Under the pieces are notes generated by a model that was not told the origin of the DNA, did no database searches, and was given only the letters and a program-made list of their open reading frames with translations. The position numbers and the translations under genes were made by a program. A DNA stretch of 64,000 bases from Balanoglossus misakiensis (lineage: Eukaryota > Animalia > Hemichordata): positions 4,387,319 through 4,451,318 of the forward strand of contig CM082594.2 in the NCBI GenBank assembly GCA_040954595.2, in the 5' to 3' direction. Positions 54,801-64,000 of this stretch are shown here, piece by piece; position 1 is the first letter of the stretch, and the number at the start of each line of letters is the position of its first letter.

Positions 54801-57800
54801 AAAAAGCTACATGGCAAATCGTCAACATGCATTTGAAAACCAGGAAAGGGGGGTATCCCGAAATTCTGAACCATATTGATTATAGATTACAGGGCATGGC
54901 CGTGCTTATTCGACACGATTCAGTAAAGGCGTCATGTGAAAGGGCACTGTGATCGACGGTCATCTTCTAAAGACAGTCAAGCCCTGTTAGGCACGTCTGC
55001 AATTTTTTTTGTAATTTCAGACAAGCCGCTGTGATAATGGGTTCGTTTCAAAACTGAAATCCAGTATTGACTTGATCGCGTCAGATGCAGACGCAGCACG
55101 GCGAGTAATCCTAACTGGTGTCGCCCCGGTGATACTAATTAAATTACTGCCGGCAAGGTTTTCTGAAAGATCGATATAGTGATGAACCAAGGAGATAGGT
55201 GTCGCTCTCTTTGAACCGCGTCTATTGCCCCCCCCCCCCCCCCGACTTGCGATCCACCCACTCGTCGAAAACACACTTTCATATCTTCCATTATCACACA
55301 CACACACACACACACGCTCATCGATCGTAGGAAATCCTTGCGGTGGATTCTATAATTATAGATTTTGTCTATCCTGAACCCTCGCGGCGGTTGTCTTTCA
55401 ACTCCCTGTGGTTTTTTCTCTCCACCTGTGGCACAACTGTAGACTCCTACTTGTGTTGTGACCTTCAGTAAATAGAATGAAGCTACTCACATCACACTTC
55501 TACTATCTTTAGTGTGGATTATACACTGGCCTTGTCGATTTTACCCACTTGACATGTAATTGGAGGGGGAAATGGCGAATTATCCGGCGAGTTTTACAAA
55601 TCTTGCACAACAGGGGGTGCCACTATAAGGGCGATAATATCTTCTCGTCGAAGACACGATACACTATATCTTCAGTGCCGTCGTTACGGTGGAACGCACG
55701 AAACAACCACCCCTACCGTGTTTTTTATCCAACCTCCCGTAATACCCTTAATAGATTAATTCTCGAAACGAAAGATTTAAAGAAGATTTTACCGTCAGGG
55801 TATTTATAAACGATCGATCTTCCATTAAGTGCACTCGATCATAAATCCATCGTGCTTTTCCCTACTAGGAGTACAGCTGATTGAGACAATTTCTCAAAAT
55901 CGCAGTATTCTTTCAATCAAGCCTCGTTTCACAACTGCCATGTTGTCAGAGGGCTTGGTAAATCAGCGCGTCCTTGCCATTACCCCGGATGTGGCTACGA
56001 AATTATGCTTCCATCTAAACCACTTTTTTCAGTCACAAAATTTGAATTCTCAGAAAATCTGACTCCGGTGCAAGAATACAATGTACGTAGCCTCATTTGC
56101 CGTCACCCCGAAGTCATTCCATCAGACCCGGCGGCGTCCGCAGAGCCCGACACTCTAAATTGTTCGCAATGCAATCAGAGTAAGGGTGCAAATTGCGTTA
56201 CTTTTCCTTCCTTGCGAAACTACAGCGTAATTGCCTGATTCTTATAGGTTCGAGACCTTAATATTTACTAGTAGTCCACGAGGGAACTCTTCCCAATCTA
56301 TGAAAGTCAAGAGGTCAACACAGTGGGTAATTTTTTGCAGTCGTAGGAAAAGTGTCCAAAGAATTATTTTCTTCTTGAAAATCAATGATCAAATTTAAAT
56401 TTAGGTATAGGCAGTACATATACGCATGTGGTGTCGTAGGACCGCCATTCGTAGAAACCAGCTTTCGAATGCCCCAGGCATAAACCTGGGACTAGTATAC
56501 CTTAAGGTATATCCGTCTCAGCATAAACCTAGAATTTTTTTACGACATCGTGTAAAAGTCTTTCGAAGAATCGGGAGTGCGCAGTATGTGTATTATACGC
56601 TGCTACGACACCCAGTCACACAGAAAATAAAATGCAAGGATTTATAGCGCGGTCTGATCAGCGCAGCACACCCTGGGCGTGTTCCCACACACCCAAGTGC
56701 TTTGAAATTTGACTGCTAGCTCAAGAAGGCAATGACGTGTGATGTTGCTCGCTTTAATAGACTGATCGCTATTCAGATTTGAAACGTACGTTCCCTGAAC
56801 GCGCATAATTGGCCACTGTCTCGGAATGTTGAGATTTCGGGATAATTGATTCTGAGTTATATAGTCCGACGTTATAAATATTTTAAAAAATATAAATAGG
56901 CAGGGTCGATTTACTGTCTTGTTTCGTAGAGTCGACATGTAGTCTCGTCTTTAGTTTTACAGTCTCCTTGATTGTTTTAGCTAACATGGCATGAGATGGT
57001 GCCTGGCCTTGTCGTCTTCTTTTATGACTGAAGTAGATGGAACTATATATCACTGCAAGTTTATGTTCCGCAAAACAGGAGCGGAACTACATTATCACAG
57101 TCATATAAGTAAAGCCATTGACAGCGGTATTCTCCGAAAGTACATTTTATAGGTAGATCTTTAAAGAAGGCTTATGGTAGATATAGCCGTTTTTATCCAC
57201 GTGTGCTTGTTGTCACGTACATCAGAAGCTAACTTTTGACAGGAAGGTAAATTTAAAGCTTTATCAAGCTGAAGATTCACATTCTTGGGTATAAGGTCGT
57301 CTGACACATCCGGGAAATCACGCATTAACACTGGCAATTCAGTAAAGCTTATACACAAATCCCAAATCCCCGGATGGATATGCCATTGCATACCACACGA
57401 GCACATGTAAATTCATCGTGTTGGCAAAACGGTGCCACCTATAATAATGTGTTTAGCCTCGAGGTCTTGCGTTCAGTCTGTGCCACTCACAGCTGGGATA
57501 AGGGCAAGACCGTCACGATAAAACTGCGTTCATGCATCACGATGGACGCAAAAGTCTGCGTTCCGGTGAAAAGTAATACCAATCAGTTACGTTTAGAATT
57601 ACCAACATTTTGCGAAATGTCCTGGAGGTTTGGACGCGTCTGTCAAAAGTGACTTTTTGATCGACGTGCGGGCAATTTGTTTATGTAACAAATTACTTTC
57701 CTAATCACTTGGAAAAAGCTCTTGTGGCATTGCATTACACGCTGTAGGGTTTCTGGGTGATTGTGGCCATGCTTCGTACATTACTTGACTTCCTGCGAGC

Positions 57801-58180
57801 TAGGTTTTGATCTGAGTAAATTGAACATTAAGAAAAACCCCGGACCGCAGCTAAGCTCGACTCTGGGATACCGGCGTCGCTTTCTCTCTTCGGGGGCTTT
57901 CTGCAGATGTCGGAAAAGGCTATCTGAATTTTTTGAGCCGAATATAAGCTGTGTAAGGTTCACGCGTCCATGGGGCGATGGGAGCATCACTGTTCGGAGC
58001 TCCCGAGATTTGGACTTTGCAGTAGCGATATATAGCGACACTTTTGCCTCCACCCAAGAAGAACGGTTATTAACCTATACTATTATAGAATTATCTAACT
58101 GAATATTTGTCGTTATTACTGTTAACAATAGTATTGTTCAGCTGAGCATATCCATACTTACATACTCACGCATACACACG

Positions 58181-58261
58181 TACATACATACATACATACA
58201 TACATACATACATACATACATACATACATACATACATACATACATACATACATACATACAT

Positions 58262-58328
<67 letters not shown>

Positions 58329-58717
58329 TACATACATACATACATACATACATACATACATACATACATACATACATACATACATACATACATACATACA
58401 TACATACATACATACATACATACATACATACATACATACATACATACATACATACATACATACATACATACATACATACATACATACATACATACATACA
58501 TACATACATACATACATACATACATACATACATACATACATACATACATACATACATACATACATACATACATACATACATACATACATACATACATACA
58601 TACATACATACATACATACATACATACATACATACATACATACATACATACATACATACATACATACATAGGCACACACTCACACACATGCACACACGTA
58701 CACACACCCACACACAC
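58181..58717. repeat. (TACA)n microsatellite interrupted by (CA)n
   Basis: Directly visible. Confidence 0.97.
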
Positions 58718-59156
58718 ATTGGAGATATTTGCGTTTCACGTAAACTGCGCACATTATTTCAATTTCGGTGTTATCCACGTCCAACCAAGGATTCAATTGG
58801 CACCCATCACTCAGCACAGCTAAAAATAGAGTTGCTAATATCAGGATTTGGAACCCCATAGTCAGCCGGTAAGTCGGAAAAGAGCAAATCTGAATCTGCG
58901 CTGTTCAACCCAAAAGATCATACGAATTACCACGCTTCAATGCAGGGGGATGCGGAGCCTGGAAAAAATGACATAATTACCATCCTGCATGCGCGGATGT
59001 CGGTGTCATCAACGCTTTTTGTATTTTACGCTCCAGCTCCGTGCGCCTCTTTAGATAAATTTGACAACTATCCATGCAGCCTGGCAGTTATCCAGGGTAA
59101 ACACTGTCTTCCAGTCATGACAAGGAAAATGGGAGCGAAGCCGCTGTCTACACACC

Positions 59157-59305
59157 ATTCCCTTGGTCGAGTAACGGTATTACTCGCCCCATTCCCTTAA
59201 AAGTAACGGTATTACTCACCCCATTCCCTTAAAAGTAACGGTATTACTCACCCCATTCCCTTAAAAGTAACGGGATTACTCACCCCATTCCCTTAAAAGT
59301 AACGG
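59157..59305. repeat. 32-bp minisatellite, about 4.5 copies
   Basis: AGTAACGGTATTACTCACCCCATTCCCTTAAA units start at 59170, 59202, 59234, 59266 and 59298. Confidence 0.93.
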
Positions 59306-60389
59306 CCACTCTTTCTACTCTCGCTATCATTTACACTGAAAAAGATTGACTTTTCGGTCGACATGAACACCATCAGCGGGGTGTAGTATTTTTTTACTTC
59401 CGTCCAGCGTCCCGTGAAATGAAGAAAAGCCACGAAGGAGATCGCTGAATGCGTTTTTCTCTCTGGGGAGGTTAGAATTTTAACTGAAAGTTACCCAATC
59501 GCGTTAAAAACAGCCGCTCGCTTAGAAAGCGGCAGCGTTCCAAAATTACAGGATCAAAATTCCCTGACCTTTCCGCAAGCTCTGATGCAAAAAGGTGCAC
59601 GAAAGACTGGATTTCGATTTAAATGCCTTTTTTGCGATGATGGTTGTATGTGCTGCTTGAACGTGTATGAGAAAGGCCCTTTGACATACACAAAGAATGG
59701 TTGGCTGATGATGATATGTTATCATTATATCTATATTTGGGGGATGAAAACGATGGGGAAAGAAAGCGACATGCATACGCACACTTTGATATTATTGTAT
59801 TTTTTGTCCATATTACCAAAAGAAATAGTTTGAGGCACAGATCAACGGTCTCGACACGCATACACAAATCGAAATGAGTGCCTATACCCCAGCAATTACA
59901 TTGTCCACGGAGAGCACGTATAGGCTTGTGTATCTTCGAGCGGCCTTGCTCCTGTTTCTTCTAGAATATTTGCCATTTTGCCTCGAGTATGCACACGTGT
60001 TTGTTCTGCTGTGTACATTCAATTATGTTGGGTGAAATTGATAAATAAGATGATAAGATTACTTGCATTGGCGGTGTAGTAATGACTAGACAAGTCTCCT
60101 TCGGGAGAGCGGGAATAAGGCAATGTAGGCCTGCTTGGGAAAAAACGCCTGAAAACAACGTGCATTCTCATAAACAAGGTGGAAAATTACTTTGTCTGGC
60201 CCTAAATGTATAGTCAAATTCAAACTATTTTCTCAAGAGGAGAATCCGCCTTGTTAATTTTACATGTTGCCAAGACGACAAGCATAACCTTGAGGGCATG
60301 AGTTTTCTCATGATCAAAGTGAAGCCTGTATTTACATTATGCATGAACATGGGTATAGACACTGAAGTGAAGAAAATAATATAATTCAG

Positions 60390-60463
<74 letters not shown>
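60390..60463. repeat. (CAT)n microsatellite
   Basis: Directly visible. Confidence 0.97.
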
Positions 60464-60465
<2 letters not shown>

Positions 60466-63400
60466 ATTCCATCAGGTAGAAAGTTGTTTTCGCGGACATC
60501 AAATACCCATCGGGGTGTACAGAAGCTACGAAATAACGTATAGTGCTTAACATGGCTTTCTATGATAAAAACAAGGCTCTTTCTATAATAAAAAAATAAG
60601 GGCGGCGTGGCAGGACTCTCCTTGCATGTCGCAAAGACTAGATCAAGTCCCAATGAGTTGGAAGTGGCATTCTTGTGCACGTTCTCAAACTCCTGCTTCA
60701 CGTGTTTCGTGAAAAATGCAAAAATCGCATAAATTGTACAAATGCGTACTTTTACGACAACGTTAATAGCAATCGTATCATTTAACACACTGGTTCGCAG
60801 AATCGTTGGCTGCCACACATAACGCACCTGCACAATGAATTCCCCTAAGGGTGGGATATATGGGAAGATTTTGCTCGTATTTATAATGAACATATTTCTT
60901 TGGTAGCAACTTAGCACCATCAATAATCCATCTAAAGGGCCGCTTGTAATGGCTCAGCGACAGGAGACAGTATCTATAGAATGATGGGGAGGGGCGCGAT
61001 TTAAGAGAACATTGAAAATCTGTGGCATCTTATCATTTAAGGTCGTTGAAAATCGTTTTTGACATACACTCTCGTGTTTTTGTGGTTCTAACATAAAAGC
61101 GTGACACTGTGAATTGGTCCTGGTTCTGATGTCTCGTTTAGATGCCCTGAAATATGTTTTTGTGTCACTAACCAGCGTAAATGTTCTTTTTAGTACTTAT
61201 TATGAATGATAACGTAAGGTGCGGACGTTGCAAAAACGGTCTCTCATAAAACAACTGTTCTGTAGCGTAAGGCAGGTGGGTCATTTTTTTGCGCGCTGTC
61301 TTCAAGTTCGGTAACGAAAAAATGGAGAACTCTCGAAAACGATATGAAATTTATGCTTCTACACTGTAAGAAATGATGTCGCATTATTAAGGCTGTAAAT
61401 TCAGTCATATACGTATATTAACGTGAAACTTCCATCGAACAGTGCGTAATTTTATCGGGGGGAAAGTCGTGAGAAAAGAGGATTGGAATGTTTTGATGCA
61501 TAATAAGCAATGTCCGTCGCACATGGTATTAATGTGAAATTCAGACTTACCAGGGTATATATGACAACAATTAGACTGCCCGTTCGTACATTACAACAGC
61601 AGCAACACGTAGTTAGCAGAGACATTTCTCGCTGGATAGCCTATCTTGTGCGGTTGATTAAAAGTCGGCTGCTTATATGTAATACGGCTTATCCAGAGCC
61701 TCGGTTGAAGTCAACTGAAAGGAACTCCATCTAACGCCGGATGTCTACGGAATGCTTTGCTAGGCTGCGCCAACCCTCCCACTGGATGTCGTCAACAACT
61801 GTTGCGCTGGCTCTGATAAAACAGCGTCCTACCCAAACTGGCTGTTCTATCAATTGTATGTTTGTGTGAACTTCGTTGACGGGTCTAATACGGATGAAAT
61901 GAAACTGTATACGCTTGAAGTATCAGTACGGTATATTCAATATAAACAGAGCGTATAGTGATGGGTAGAATTTGACAAAACGGAAGTAAGGGGATAAAAT
62001 GTGCAAATTTCTCAGCATCGTACATGTGCTACGTGTCAACTTGCCATTTTCGTTCAATCAAACAATTGCATAACTACGACTTTCTCCTCAAATGCAACAC
62101 ATAGCGCACATTTTACAGACTTTCCTCGTTTATATGCAATTATCCCAAAATAGCTTCAATCGTGTGGGGGTTGTAATTTGTTTCCTGTGATGGTCATATT
62201 TTATTCATTATATCATGTTCTAATTTGTTCTTTCGATATATTCATGTACCTTCTAGCCAACTTTGGAAGTAACCCTTATGATTGCCATAAAACGCACGTG
62301 ATTCCATTCCATATTTTTTTTACTCGATTCCGCGACGTCTAGACCATCCTATACCTCCCCGCACAGCTGGTATAGTGTATCTAGTGACGGTAGACGGTCG
62401 CCAATTAATTTTGGCTGCAGCGTTTAATGATGTGCAATTCTGGCTTGCTGCGTTCGAAGGAATCCCCGATGCCTGTCAGGCACTTAATCCCATGAATTTG
62501 TAACGACGTGGCGTGTAGTAGCACCGCTTTTAATTTGGCGCGTGGATTCCCCAGAACTGTGTTTTGACACCGGTTGTGAAACAAACGCACGTTTCGCGAT
62601 GACACTTGGGGATAATGGAGAAGTAAGCGCCGTGTGTGTGTGACTCTTTGAGGCCAACTAATAGATAATCGCAAAAGCAAGGGGTATTTAGTATAACAAT
62701 ACAAGACATCGTTTACTGCTATTTTCTGGTCTATTTCAAACGGATATAAATGTAGTCCCGGAAACATGCAGAATTCGCATGATAATTTCTGTTTGCTAAT
62801 AAACTTTTACGCTATATTTCATATTTATAACAATTAATATCTCCACCGTTGGTCTGTCTGAGTGTCTGTCTGTCTGTTCCAATACGTCAAGTGCCCCTCC
62901 AGTTAAGCCTTCAACTATCCCACAACCCACCTTGTTTCCAAGATGGCGGTAAAGACAAACCTCCCCTAAGTAAAGGATAAACATTTCTCTCGGGAGAGCC
63001 TGCACATAGAAGCGAATTCCGCCGGAAGGTCTGCAAGGAAAACCCATACAGTTTTTCCGAACGCCAGACAATCGGTATTGTTCACTGGTGGCAGGCAAAG
63101 TTTAAACCAGATTGCAAGCTCGGGCAATACATCTCTTCCCTTAATGTATCTCCCTCTAATGAAAATGCCAAATGAAACTTTGTGAACATTGAGACCCCCT
63201 TCGGAGTCCATCACAATAACATCACTGGCTCCTGCGTGTCCTACTTGTAGTAGAGTATCGTTTTTGGATTCTGCCATCTATACAGAAGATTAAATCCGCA
63301 GGGTAGAAAACATCAATGTTTGCGTCTTAAGGAATTCTCGGAATCAATTATATTAAAGGATTCTGGGAGAAAGGGATTAGGTAACTAGTACGCGGCAGCC

Positions 63401-63916
63401 ATCTTTGTTTTTTACCGGGCCAGTACATATAAGCAATTTAACGTTATTCAGTGACGCCAGGTTACCAAAGCGGCACAGTATAGCTCTAATCATTGACCAA
63501 CAGCAAAAAGTCCAACTTAGCAATCTTCTTCCACGGTGTAGTGAACAACATAGTCCCTTGTTCGTTTCGGCATTTTATACACAGTTGCCAATCACTATAC
63601 GAGGCTGCAGCTTTGCAAAAATGACCCGGTCTTTCAAAAGGCAAAACATGTGGAGGACAATTTACTTTCATATATAGAGATCCTAAATTATGGAATACTA
63701 CCCGCAAGATATCGGAAATTATTTTCAGCTAATGAACTAGGGTGAAAATTTATATCTACATACGCACAGAAAACATATATATTATTTATTTGTAAAATTG
63801 AAGCAAACCCTGTATTAGTTATAAAATATTTATTTTTGTGTGGAGACGGATAGTTTAGTCGTTTTCAAAATAATATTTCCTACTCTAGTTCCATATAAGT
63901 AATGTAAGCTTTATTT

Positions 63917-64000
<84 letters not shown>
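63917..64000. repeat. (CAT)n microsatellite running off the window end
   Basis: Directly visible. Confidence 0.97.

Noticed and set aside
60459-60923. 154-aa - strand ORF
   Set aside because: No recognisable motif or coding bias, and it ends in a (CAT)n repeat.

Overview
Intron-rich animal genomic DNA, probably a marine invertebrate deuterostome such as a hemichordate; this is an inference from gene content and microsatellite style. Host genes, left to right: a 5'-truncated ALDH6A1-like gene (- strand, 265-1047), a complete 9-exon ELAC1/RNase Z (+, 17126-20407), an intronless B4GALNT1/2-like glycosyltransferase (-, 21529-23127), two near-canonical beta-tubulins (-) and a highly divergent beta-tubulin (+, 37400-41018) with a ~70-aa insertion. 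Beyond 41 kb the window is mostly repeats plus two exons of a LAPTM-like membrane protein. The main find is a ~16-kb Mutator-like (MULE) DNA transposon at ~1040-16930 with two convergent spliced genes that the ORF track shows only in fragments: a DDE/SWIM transposase (-) and a Ulp1/SENP protease-PHD finger-AP-2 (TFAP2)-like DNA-binding domain fusion (+). The predicted first intron of the transposase holds an 83-bp tandem array with 26 perfect TGCCCT(G/C)AGGGCA palindromes, which match known TFAP2 binding motifs, and one more lies near the element end. This suggests a transposon that encodes a sequence-targeted deSUMOylase together with its own binding sites. All gene models were spliced by eye and all family calls come from remembered motifs, not database searches.
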